Positions 10,684 through 18,999 of a stretch of DNA of 30,279 bases are shown piece by piece. Where the stretch lies: assembly GCA_037441705.1 (NCBI GenBank), contig JBBIRR010000044.1:1-30279 (forward strand). The letters run 5' to 3'. The first letter of the stretch is position 1, and the number at the start of each line of letters is the position of its first letter. Made by a program: the position numbers and the translations under genes. Below the pieces are notes generated by a model. It had not been told where the DNA came from, did no database searches, and was given only the letters and a program-made list of their open reading frames with translations. Origin of the DNA: Ignavibacteriales bacterium (GTDB lineage: Bacteria; Bacteroidota; Ignavibacteria; UBA10030; UBA6906).

Positions 10684-11349
10684 TTATTTCTTCCAGAGTT
10701 TTTCGAGAATATGGGCAGCCCATTCTTTGCCGCCCAGCCCGAAGGCCAGGGCAAGCGCGAGACACAGCGCGCCGAAGGCGATCTGAAATGCGGAGACCAG
10801 AATCTGCCCGCCGATGGCCAACTGTTCCAGCGCGACGGAAAAGACGAAGACAAGGATTGCCCACTGGGCGATACTGCTCATCACTTCGGCACCCGTAATG
10901 CCGATGTTGCTGAGATAGGTGAAGGCAACGCCTTTCACAAACCGCGCAAACAGCGCACCGAACATGAGCACCAGAACGGCCACGATGACGTTGGGAATGT
11001 AGAGGATGATGCGGTTGAACAACTCCGCCGCCGATTGCAAGCCGAGACTATTCAGCAGCGCAAGCATGACGGTAAAAAGGATGAACCAGTAGATCAGATT
11101 GGCGACGATCGTCGTGGTCGTGTACGGGACTCCCCCCTTTACCAGGAAATCGTCAACGCCGGATTTTTCCGCAGCGACATCGAGACGGACGAACTTGAGA
11201 AACTTCAGCGCGACCTTGCGCAGCAGTTTTGCCACCAGCCAGCCGAGTATCAGCAACACAAAACTGCCGACGATCTGCGGCAAGAACCCGCTCAGATTGC
11301 GCCAGAAGGTTTCGAGAGAATCCAGAAATGCACGGAGTTGCTCGGGCAT
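10684..11349 (-). CDS. Conserved TM-helix (CmpX/MscS N-terminal-like) membrane protein
   Basis: Two repeats of the xxPxxxxxxxxLxxG helix (FLPQIVGSFVLLILGWLVA; YIPNVIVAVLVLMFGALFA) and C-terminal ALALAFGLGGKE; no MscS beta/C-terminal domain is visible. Confidence 0.8.
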   Translation of the reverse strand: MPEQLRAFLDSLETFWRNLSGFLPQIVGSFVLLILGWLVAKLLRKVALKFLKFVRLDVAAEKSGVDDFLVKGGVPYTTTTIVANLIYWFILFTVMLALLNSLGLQSAAELFNRIILYIPNVIVAVLVLMFGALFARFVKGVAFTYLSNIGITGAEVMSSIAQWAILVFVFSVALEQLAIGGQILVSAFQIAFGALCLALALAFGLGGKEWAAHILEKLWKK

Positions 11350-11524
11350 GCTCTTCTTTGGTTATGGGTGATAGCAGATTAGGCGTATGTACAATAGAGA
11401 TTTTTGGGGAGAAGTTCTAATGGTTGTTGCGTGTGTTGACATACGATGTTTTCTCAAACCTCTACCGCTTCCGCAACTGACGGGTAATGTTGTCTCTGGC
11501 CGGAATGAGCGGGGTTGGAAGCAT

Positions 11525-11737
11525 TGAACTCCTGACGGAGTTCATAACATCCCGTAGCTCTTGAACGATCTACAACCATCGAACGCATACGGCGTTCGCC
11601 TGAAACATCCAATCCATCAACATCTCCGGATACCGTTCCGGACGCCGACGGCGTTCATTCTCCTGTACATCAATCCCGTTAGGGATTGAATGGTTGTAGA
11701 ATGATGTAGATCATTTTAGCGAACCCCGGAGGGGTTC
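11525..11737. repeat. Cluster of five REP-like palindromes
   Basis: TGAACTCC-TGAC-GGAGTTCA (11525-11544), CGAACGC-ATACG-GCGTTCG (11580-11598), GGACGCC-GAC-GGCGTTC (11640-11656), CAATCCC-GTTA-GGGATTG (11671-11688) and GAACCCC-GGA-GGGGTTC (11721-11737). The tail TCTACAACCAT (11569-11579) recurs inverted as ATGGTTGTAGA (11690-11700). Confidence 0.8.
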
Positions 11738-11795
11738 AAGCGAACGCATTCCATTGGTTGCCTGCTGCGATCCCCCTCCACGCAATCCATCTGAT

Positions 11796-13172
11796 TCACA
11801 CAAATACCTCGGCATTCGCGTCCACGGCTGCAAACAACTCCTCATGCAGCGCTTGAACGGCGCGACGGATTTCTACCTCACGAATAACCATCGTAAGATT
11901 GACCTCCGAACCTCCGTGCGAGATCAACTCCACATTCACTCCCGCACGATCGAGTGAGGTGAACACCTTCGCAGCAATGCCCTTCGTGTATTTCATATTC
12001 TCGCCCACCACACACAGCACGGCTCGGCCGGGCAGGACTTCTACATCGGCAAACGCACGCAATTCCCTTTCGATCAAATCCAATTCCTTCGGGTCGTCAA
12101 CGGTGAGCGAGACGCCGATTTCGGACGTGGCAATCACGTCCACAGCTTTCTTGAATCGAGCAAACACTTCAAACAACCGGGCGAGGAACCCGTGGGCCAT
12201 CAGCATGCGCGAGCTTTCGATGTTGACCACCGTGATGCCCGCCTTGTAGGCCACGGACTTGACAATGCATCGCTCGGCGTGGATATTTTCCTGGGCGATG
12301 AGTGTACCGTCTGTCTCGGGACGTTTAGAGTTGAGCACACGGACCGGTATGCCCTTTTCGATTGCAGGAAGGATTGTCTTCGGATGCAGAACACGCGCGC
12401 CGAAGTACGCAAGCTCTGCCGCTTCGCGGAATGTGAGATAGCGTATCCTTCTTGCGTCGTGCACAATGGTCGGGTCGGCAGTGAGAATGCCATCAACATC
12501 CGTCCAGATTTGAATCTCTTCCGCCCCGAGCACGGAGCCAAAGATCGCCGCCGAATAATCCGACCCTCCCCTGCCGATCGTGGTCGGAGTCCCATCGGCT
12601 GTCGCGCCGATGAAGCCCTGGGTCACCACGACGCGACCCGGCATCAGAAGCGGCGCGCAGATTTCTCTCGTTCGCTCTTCAACATGATTCATCTGCGGAA
12701 CGGCAGCCGTAAACTGATCGTCCGTAATCATCATGCGAGAAGCCTCCAGCAGTTTCGTCTCGACCCCCTGCTGCTGCATGTAGGTCGCCAGCAAAAGCGA
12801 AGAAAGCCGTTCGCCGTAGGAGGTGAGCTGATCGGTCAGGCGGGCAAGCTCATCCGGAGGATACAGTGTGAGGTGCGATGCGTGTTCGAGTTCCGTGAGG
12901 AGCCGGTCAAGTTCATCACGCTGCTCACCGAGCTGCAACTCATTCCAGATGCGAAGATGGCGCTCCTTGAGAATTGCCACCTCGTTGGCCGCTTCATCGG
13001 TTCGTCCATGACCGATCGCCCGTGCCGTTCGGACGAGTGCATTCGTGACGCCTGCACACGCTGAGAGAACGACCAATGGGGCGCGGGGCAGTTCTCGCCG
13101 TACAATGCCTGCGACGTTCCGCATTGCGGAAGCGTCCTCGACGGAAGTCCCGCCAAACTTCATGACAATCAT
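11796..13172 (-). CDS. lysC: Aspartate kinase (monofunctional, AKIII-like, two ACT domains)
   Basis: MIVMKFGGTSV, VVLSACAGVTN, SYGERLSS, TQGFIG, TTIGRGGSDYSA, IWTDVDG and ELAYFGARVLHP; ACT motifs GFLARLF and SEVNLT. Confidence 0.95.
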   Translation of the reverse strand: MIVMKFGGTSVEDASAMRNVAGIVRRELPRAPLVVLSACAGVTNALVRTARAIGHGRTDEAANEVAILKERHLRIWNELQLGEQRDELDRLLTELEHASHLTLYPPDELARLTDQLTSYGERLSSLLLATYMQQQGVETKLLEASRMMITDDQFTAAVPQMNHVEERTREICAPLLMPGRVVVTQGFIGATADGTPTTIGRGGSDYSAAIFGSVLGAEEIQIWTDVDGILTADPTIVHDARRIRYLTFREAAELAYFGARVLHPKTILPAIEKGIPVRVLNSKRPETDGTLIAQENIHAERCIVKSVAYKAGITVVNIESSRMLMAHGFLARLFEVFARFKKAVDVIATSEIGVSLTVDDPKELDLIERELRAFADVEVLPGRAVLCVVGENMKYTKGIAAKVFTSLDRAGVNVELISHGGSEVNLTMVIREVEIRRAVQALHEELFAAVDANAEVFV

Positions 13173-13213
13173 GTGGATACGGATGGCTCCTGAGACATGC
13201 TGCTGTGCCAGCT

Positions 13214-13242
13214 ACCATAATGAAATGGCAAACGTGTGTCAA
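13214..13242 (-). promoter_or_regulatory. Putative sigma70-type promoter of lysC
   Basis: Minus strand TTGACA-17 nt-TATGGT, ~40 nt upstream of the ATG. Confidence 0.65.
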
Positions 13243-13322
13243 GCTCGACTCATGATCAGGGCGGTCGGTGGTTCAGTCAACCCGTTCGCTCGAGACGCGC
13301 AGCGGATGGTTGCCTGCTCATT

Positions 13323-14321
13323 TTACAACCATCTGTTCCGCTTGAAAACCCACAACATGCCCAGTCCCACCGCAAGCATGAAGAGACTTGCAGCAAGAAC
13401 GCCATATTCCCACTCCGCCCCCGGAAGATAGGTGAAGTTCATCCCAAAGAATCCTGTAATGAAGCTGAGAGGAAGGAAAATCGTGGAGATAATCGTGAGC
13501 ACCTTCATCACCTGATTGAGGTTGTTGGAGGTGACGGAGAGATAGGCATCGAGAAGTCCGGCCACCATATCCCGATAGGAATCTGCGAGGTCCGACATTC
13601 GAATGAGGTGGTCATACACATTGCGGTAGTAGAGCATTTCGTCGGCCGTGATCAGCGAGAACTCGCCGCGTGACAGGCGATTCAACATCTCCTTCTGGTA
13701 TGTCGCGATGCGCCGCACGGTCATCACATCTTTCTTCAAGGAAAGAATTCTGACCATCGTCCGTTGGGTTGGACGCTTGAACACCTCGTTTTCCATGCTG
13801 TCGATCGCCGCATCCAACGCATCGAGAATAGGCGTGTAGTTGTCGACGATGTCATCGATAATCAGATGGAAAAGGAAATCTGGTCCGCGCCCGAGGACTT
13901 GACTGTTCTTGCTCAGCATCTGCGCTGCATAGTTGATCGAGCGCAGCGGTTTGAAATGATGCGTGACCAGAATCCGCTTCGAAAGGAAGGCACTGAGCTG
14001 TGTCGTACGAATCTGCAGGGATTGCCGGCTACTTACGTCTGCCGACGCATCCACCTCGATCGGATTGAAGATCACAAAAATGTACTCGCCAAAATCCTCC
14101 ACCTTGGGCAAATGCCCCTCCTCTTCTTTCCCCTTCTGACAGTCCTCAATAGCCAACGGGTGAAAGTCTAACAGCGAAACCAACAGCGTCTCTTCTTCGG
14201 CATCTGTCGGCGCCTCAAGGTCGATCCAGAGTGTGCCGGACTGCTGCGGAAGAACCTGCGCCAGCTCTTTGATCGAGAGTCGTTTGATTTCATTGTTGAG
14301 ATGGTAGTAGATGGCAACCAT
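13323..14321 (-). CDS. corA: Magnesium/cobalt transporter CorA
   Basis: WIDL, FHPLAIED, PKVE and NQVMKVLTIISTIFLPLSFITGFFGMNF (GMN signature). Start is ATG 14321 or TTG 14342. Confidence 0.94.
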   Translation of the reverse strand: MVAIYYHLNNEIKRLSIKELAQVLPQQSGTLWIDLEAPTDAEEETLLVSLLDFHPLAIEDCQKGKEEEGHLPKVEDFGEYIFVIFNPIEVDASADVSSRQSLQIRTTQLSAFLSKRILVTHHFKPLRSINYAAQMLSKNSQVLGRGPDFLFHLIIDDIVDNYTPILDALDAAIDSMENEVFKRPTQRTMVRILSLKKDVMTVRRIATYQKEMLNRLSRGEFSLITADEMLYYRNVYDHLIRMSDLADSYRDMVAGLLDAYLSVTSNNLNQVMKVLTIISTIFLPLSFITGFFGMNFTYLPGAEWEYGVLAASLFMLAVGLGMLWVFKRNRWL

Positions 14322-14419
14322 GACATCGCTTTCGGAAAGCAATACTTCGGTGAGGCGGTTGAAAGATTGGTAAATCAGGAGAGAGATGCAACGTCAGGAA
14401 AGCCTTCGCAGAGATGATG

Positions 14420-14454
14420 TCCCTCCGCGCACACTGCTACAATGCGCGGAGGGA
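14420..14454. other. Perfect 12-bp GC-rich hairpin between the radical SAM gene and corA
   Basis: TCCCTCCGCGCA-11 nt-TGCGCGGAGGGA. There is no U tract, so it may be an mRNA-stabilising or atypical terminator hairpin. Confidence 0.55.
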
Positions 14455-14476
14455 ACGTAAGGCTGATACGCGAACG

Positions 14477-15724
14477 CTACGCTTCCACCTTCTTTCCGAC
14501 ATTATTCTCCGGCACCGCCCGCACCCAATCTCCGAAGTTGATCAGTTCCTCCATCCGGCAGGACCAGACGAGCCGGTCTTCGTACAGCGTGATGTCGGGA
14601 CAGCCGTCACACATGCTCAGCGCGCCGTTGGGCATGAAGTCCGCCGGTTGGATGATCATGATCGACTGCATGTGCAATCGCTTGAAGAAGAGTTGCGGTG
14701 AGCGAACGGCATCATGCAGGTAGGCCGATGCAGTGCGCGCAAGTCCTTTGTCGATAGGCGATAAGGCGAGCATCGAGCGGGCGCGGGCCAACACTTTCGG
14801 GTGCGTGTAGGCAAGGTAGGAGCCGGTCTTCAAGTGATGTAAGGTCTGTGCAAGCTCCATAAACTTGGGTCCTGCGTAGCCGAAGATTTTGTCTTTCGTG
14901 CCGATGCGCATCGTGAGGAGCCACTTGAAATGATCAGGCCGCTCCGTGCCGTTCAGGTATGCGCACGGCTGGAAGTCCGGATACTTCTTTCTGATTTCCT
15001 GCACAATGTCGGTGGACATGATCGAAATCTCACGCTCGCCCTGGATGGCATAGGCAATGGGAGACATATCAATTTTCTGTCCCCCGACGAAATACTCGTA
15101 GCCTTTGTGAATGGGTGCGGCCCGGAAGGCGATAAACACGAGAATGTGTACGATATCAATGTGCTTGTGCCCCCATGCAACGATCTCGGGAACGTCCTTC
15201 AGCGTGTGCCCGTACACCGTTGCGTTGAACGCGCAAGAAAGCCCACCGACGGTGGCAAGCATTTGCGCGTAGTGCAAACGCAGATCGTTCAGTTCGACTT
15301 CGGTTTTGCCTTTCATGCGCGGGCGCTGCTGGCCGCTATCGATGTGGAACGTGAAGCCAACGACGCCGGCGTTCTTCAGCGCGCGCAGCTTATCCATCGT
15401 CAGCGCCAGTCCGTTCGTGTTGATGATCGGCTTCAGCCCATCCTTCGCGATCATCTCCACAATCTGTTCGATCTGTGGATGGGTCAGGGGATCGCCGCCC
15501 GCAATGGAGACACCGTCGGTCTTGCGGAGTCGTTTGAACACTTCCAGCTCATGGCGGATTTGGTCGAGCGACTTGTGTGCCTTCGGATCGTTATTGCGAT
15601 AACACCCATCGCAATACAGGTTGCATGCGCTGGTCGGCTCCAGCCAGCTGATCGCATTGTCGGGCAGCGACCAGGGAAGCCGATACAGCTCACTGTGGTT
15701 CAACACATTGTTCGATCCTTTCAT
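14477..15724 (-). CDS. Radical SAM protein of unknown function with a C-terminal Cys cluster, 415 aa
   Basis: CNLYCDGC (CxxxCxxC), AGGDPL and INTNG; C-terminal MCDGC..WSC could ligate an auxiliary cluster. GGAGG RBS before ATG 15724. Confidence 0.9.
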   Translation of the reverse strand: MKGSNNVLNHSELYRLPWSLPDNAISWLEPTSACNLYCDGCYRNNDPKAHKSLDQIRHELEVFKRLRKTDGVSIAGGDPLTHPQIEQIVEMIAKDGLKPIINTNGLALTMDKLRALKNAGVVGFTFHIDSGQQRPRMKGKTEVELNDLRLHYAQMLATVGGLSCAFNATVYGHTLKDVPEIVAWGHKHIDIVHILVFIAFRAAPIHKGYEYFVGGQKIDMSPIAYAIQGEREISIMSTDIVQEIRKKYPDFQPCAYLNGTERPDHFKWLLTMRIGTKDKIFGYAGPKFMELAQTLHHLKTGSYLAYTHPKVLARARSMLALSPIDKGLARTASAYLHDAVRSPQLFFKRLHMQSIMIIQPADFMPNGALSMCDGCPDITLYEDRLVWSCRMEELINFGDWVRAVPENNVGKKVEA

Positions 15725-15747
15725 TGGTACCTCCATGATGTTTGGGG

Positions 15748-15792
15748 AAAAGAAAAAGCCTATTCCTCTCCTGTCGAAAAGAAGAATAGGCT
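15748..15792 (-). terminator. Intrinsic terminator-like hairpin immediately upstream of the radical SAM gene
   Basis: Minus strand AGCCTATTCTTCTTT-TCGAC-AGGAGAGGAATAGGCT-TTTTCTTTT. Confidence 0.7.
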
Positions 15793-15979
15793 CTGTAAAT
15801 GAACGATGACAGCGATATGCAACTCAGAAGCCGACGCTCGCCCCAACCCCTTCCATCATCACGTCAGCCGTGCAGCCGCAAGCAAATGCCGCAGCGCAAA
15901 TCGGTTGCTCACAATCTACTCATCCCCGCCAACATTCGCAACATCGGGGCTGTGATACAAGCTGCAACCGACGGCGGTA

Positions 15980-16540
15980 TCAGAGCGAGCTGAATCGCAG
16001 AGAGAACACGACGTACTGAAAGTTGATGCCGTCATTGTCCTCGAACATGCTTGCGTTGGAGAGGTGGCGGAACATGTAGAACACGCCGAGAAAGCCGCCG
16101 GCCCACGGAACTTCAACGCCTGCACTTACGGTGGGACTGAACAGGACGTTACTCCCCAATTGGCGTTTGTTGATCTCGCGTGTGGAAATGAGGTTCACCC
16201 CGACGCCCGCTTCCAGTAGCAGACGCGGCGCGTCGTTTGAGAAGAGAATACGCGCCATAGGACTCACGCCCACGATGCCATCCCATCCACGGCTCCCTTC
16301 AGAAAATGAGACACTCTCCTCGAGATACACGACGACATTCTCACGCGAATGAAAAAACACGTGGCCGGGTCTGGAGAGGAAGATGCTGCGATGCGCCGGT
16401 TCGGTCATGGTGGTACCCTTCCCAAGGCGGATATCGAAGTCCCGCATGACGTCCTGGGCAAGAACGTGGGCTGGTGTTCCGAAGGTCAGCAGGAACAGCA
16501 CAAGCCGCAGTAGCCGATGGTGTTCGATGCGTCGAGGCAA
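15980..16540 (-). CDS. PagL-family outer-membrane lipid A 3-O-deacylase / acyloxyacyl hydrolase
   Basis: Signal peptide, amphipathic beta strands, LEAGVG and LGSNVLF; catalytic-type RHLSNASMFEDNDGIN (H-x-S-N-A...N-x-G). Confidence 0.8.
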   Translation of the reverse strand: MPRRIEHHRLLRLVLFLLTFGTPAHVLAQDVMRDFDIRLGKGTTMTEPAHRSIFLSRPGHVFFHSRENVVVYLEESVSFSEGSRGWDGIVGVSPMARILFSNDAPRLLLEAGVGVNLISTREINKRQLGSNVLFSPTVSAGVEVPWAGGFLGVFYMFRHLSNASMFEDNDGINFQYVVFSLRFSSL

Positions 16541-16630
16541 AGCCGTGATCGCGAGCCGGGTGCTGAACTACATGATGCTATGGAACTGACGGCAGAAAAG
16601 CAACGAGTTTCTTCGCGCAAACGCGGCGCC

Positions 16631-16873
16631 TCACACGGCGTTCTGCTCGTATCGCTCCGCCTGCCCTGGAAACTGCCGGAACGCAGCAACGGCGACGCTT
16701 TTGTCTCGCACAAGAACGGAAATCTTCCCGTTTTCGGCCACCACTACATGATGCGGATACACTTTCTGGACAGCCAGGCAAGCCGTTTCTTCGCTGCGAA
16801 AGTCGTTGTTCTCCAGCAGCGTGCGAACCAACTCGGAGAGAGTCGCCTTGCCGATAATCTGCTGCAATCGCAC
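16631..16873 (-). CDS. Hypothetical small protein (~80 aa, GTG start MRLQQIIGKATLSELV...)
   Basis: Fills the gap between a sigma54 promoter and the PagL-like gene and has a globular-looking composition. The annotated TTG start (16933) lies inside the promoter, so GTG 16873 is preferred. No clear RBS. Confidence 0.5.
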   Translation of the reverse strand: MRLQQIIGKATLSELVRTLLENNDFRSEETACLAVQKVYPHHVVVAENGKISVLVRDKSVAVAAFRQFPGQAERYEQNAV

Positions 16874-16929
16874 TGTATATTTTCGTGGAGGTGTTACGAA
16901 AGGAATAGAACGGTTTGGCCTTCCAAACC

Positions 16930-16945
16930 GCAAATCGCCTGCCAG
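16930..16945 (-). promoter_or_regulatory. Putative sigma54 (-24/-12) promoter
   Basis: Minus strand CTGGCAGGCGATTTGC gives GG-N10-GC with TGGCA and TTGC; it is intergenic and correctly oriented. Confidence 0.65.
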
Positions 16946-17128
16946 TCACTGATGTGAAGTGAGATACGGAAGACGAGGTGAAGTTTGCAATGATTTGGCA
17001 TCAATTCAAGGGTCGAGCGCGAGCGCACCGAACGAACGCATGTCTGTTCGTGTAAAGAGTTGAACCATCAATGCCGTTTGGAGTGTGAACTATTTTCTCA
17101 CCTGGGAGGTGAACGACCACTCAGCCGC

Positions 17129-18421
17129 TTATGCAACTATCGGCAGCGAAATAATGAACGTGGCGCCTTCGTGAGGCGTTGATTCGACCCGAATCGTTCC
17201 GTTGTGGTGCTCAAGGATGTGCTTGCAGATGATAAGTCCGTAGCCGTAGCCATCCGGCTTCGTGGTGATTTTCTCGCTGAACAGTTTGGCCATCACCTCT
17301 TCTTCGATGCCCGGCCCGTTGTCTCGAACCTTCAACCTCACTTCTTTTTTCTCCCAATCCGCTTCGGTGATGAACTCGATCGTTGCTTCCGAATACGCTT
17401 CGACGATATTGTTGGCGAGATTCAGCAGGACTTGTTGGATCTGCTCAATATCGACGTTCACCGGCGGCAATGTTTCATCCAGCGACGTGATGACGGAATT
17501 CCCTTTGAAGCGAGGAAGGAACTTCATGAATTCCGCGAAGTCGCTGACGATCTTGTTGAGGTTCATCGGCTGTAGGCGGGCGGCGGGATGCGAGCGCGAA
17601 AGGAGACTCTTGGAGAAACCTTCGATCTTGCGGACGCCGCTAATCGTCTTATCGATGATCGCGTTCAACTCCGCCGATGAGTACTCGCCGATTTTCGACT
17701 GCAAACGCTGCAGGCTCAGAAGGACAACGGACACGAGATTCTTCAGCTCATGACTGACTTCAGCCGCCAGCTCGCCTTTCATCGCCATCCGCTCCGAGCG
17801 AATGATGTGCTGGTGTGCCTGCTTGAGTTCCTCATAGGTGTTCTTCAGATTAGCATACAGGCGCGCATTGCGGATGGCGATCGCGGCCTGCCCCGCAAGA
17901 ATCTCAAACAACGAGAGCACCTCAGTTTTGTCGACCGCCTGAATGTACTTGCTGTCCACGTACATCACGCCGATCTTTTCTTCCTGTGTTTGAAGAGCCG
18001 TACACAGAATCGTTTGCAGAGCAAGGTCTACAATGCTTCGCCGCTGCTCGAACCGTTGATCGGTCAACGCGCTTTCGATGCAGAGCGATTCCCCCGTTGT
18101 GAAGACGTCCTCCAGGACACTCTTGCTGACCCGGAGATTCTCCGCGGCAATGGATTTGCCGTGCGCGTCACGACCGACGACAAACTCGAGTTTACCCTCC
18201 TTGTTGACAAGAAACAGAAAACCGCGATCGGCCCGCACGATGCGAATGGCTTCATCCGTCACCAACTCAAGAACTTCAGAAAGTTCGAGCGACGTGTTCA
18301 CCTTCCGCACCACATTCAGAATCGTTTCCAAATCGTGAAGTTTGGAATGCGATGCCGCGCTGCTTTCCGAAGTAGAATGAAGCAGTCCTCCGCTCTCGTC
18401 AATCAGTTCGTCGAGTTTCAT
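17129..18421 (-). CDS. Soluble GAF-domain sensor histidine kinase (paralogue 2)
   Basis: GAF (ADRGFLFL..IGVMYVDS..LAGQAAIAIRNARLY); H box EVSHELKN; N box QVLLNLANN; DNGPGI, TTKPDGYGYGL and GATF. No TM segment. Confidence 0.92.
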   Translation of the reverse strand: MKLDELIDESGGLLHSTSESSAASHSKLHDLETILNVVRKVNTSLELSEVLELVTDEAIRIVRADRGFLFLVNKEGKLEFVVGRDAHGKSIAAENLRVSKSVLEDVFTTGESLCIESALTDQRFEQRRSIVDLALQTILCTALQTQEEKIGVMYVDSKYIQAVDKTEVLSLFEILAGQAAIAIRNARLYANLKNTYEELKQAHQHIIRSERMAMKGELAAEVSHELKNLVSVVLLSLQRLQSKIGEYSSAELNAIIDKTISGVRKIEGFSKSLLSRSHPAARLQPMNLNKIVSDFAEFMKFLPRFKGNSVITSLDETLPPVNVDIEQIQQVLLNLANNIVEAYSEATIEFITEADWEKKEVRLKVRDNGPGIEEEVMAKLFSEKITTKPDGYGYGLIICKHILEHHNGTIRVESTPHEGATFIISLPIVA

Positions 18422-18799
18422 CCTGAGTCTTTGCTTATCCTTTCACAGAATCCTTACCCATGACCCGCTGTGTATATTCATCAGCAAATCTGTCTAATCT
18501 TGTTGTGCCATGAGTCATGAGCCTCATGTGCCGCTTCTGGCGGCGTCCCAGATTACGCTACGGCTTGCCCTGATCCTACCTACGCGGCCGATCGTCAACG
18601 GGCGGCAACGAACGGGTTTCGCTGCCTATTCCATCAGAAAAATGTGTGAAGGCCGTTTGGCTTGCCAACAAAATCATACGGGGGGTGTTGCAGGAGGGAA
18701 TGGACTCGTCCCCCATTCGAGTCTCATGCAGAACACATTTCCAAGAAAGCTTCCTGCTGTGAAGAGGCCCCTGTAATCGTTCTGCCGGGGACGGTGGCC

Positions 18800-18815
18800 G
18801 CAATGGCCATGCCAG
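18800..18815 (-). promoter_or_regulatory. Putative sigma54 (-24/-12) promoter upstream of HK paralogue 2
   Basis: Minus strand CTGGCATGGCCATTGC gives GG-N10-GC, close to the TGGCAC-N5-TTGC consensus. Confidence 0.65.
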
Positions 18816-18887
18816 TTAGAGGAGAGATGAGTTACAGTCCAAAAGCGTTGGAAACAAGCGGTTTCCCGGTGTTCACATCACTCGGGA

Positions 18888-18945
18888 TGTTACGATTTGA
18901 GACATGAGCAGTGACGGCTGGAACGAAATGTTACAATGCGGTTCA
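18888..18945. promoter_or_regulatory. Candidate tandem enhancer (UAS) sites for the sigma54 activator
   Basis: TGTTACGATTTGAGACA (18888-18904, TGT-N11-ACA) and TGTTACAATGCGGTTCA (18929-18945) are 41 bp apart and ~75-130 bp upstream of the -24 element. Confidence 0.35.
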
Positions 18946-18999
18946 TCAAACCATTACAATCCTACGAAGAGTAATAGCAGCAGTGGAGAGCACGTTGGT

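Noticed and set aside
11525-11737. Possible CRISPR array
   Set aside because: The repeats differ in sequence and orientation, spacing is irregular, and there are no cas genes; REP-like elements explain it better.
12192-13064. Plus-strand ORFs of 200-290 aa (also 539-1204, 10046-10786, 14930-15802, 27842-28588, 28836-29567)
   Set aside because: They lie entirely antisense to well-supported genes, which is typical in GC-rich DNA.
13173-13322. Lysine riboswitch upstream of lysC
   Set aside because: The region is only 150 nt, shows no L-box motifs, and has a promoter ~40 nt from the ATG.
15800-15930. Cys-containing short frame upstream of the radical SAM gene as a RiPP precursor
   Set aside because: The Cys-rich part (CEQPICAAAFACGCT) has no start codon after the preceding stop; only an 11-12-codon ORF remains, with no RBS.
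18494-18510. TGGCACAACAAGATTAG as a proximal sigma54 promoter for HK2 (similarly TGGCAC at 13195-13210)
   Set aside because: There is no GC at the -12 position.
18422-18790. CsrB/RsmZ-like sRNA suggested by GGA motifs
   Set aside because: About nine GGA in 370 nt is near chance expectation, and most are not in hairpin loops.
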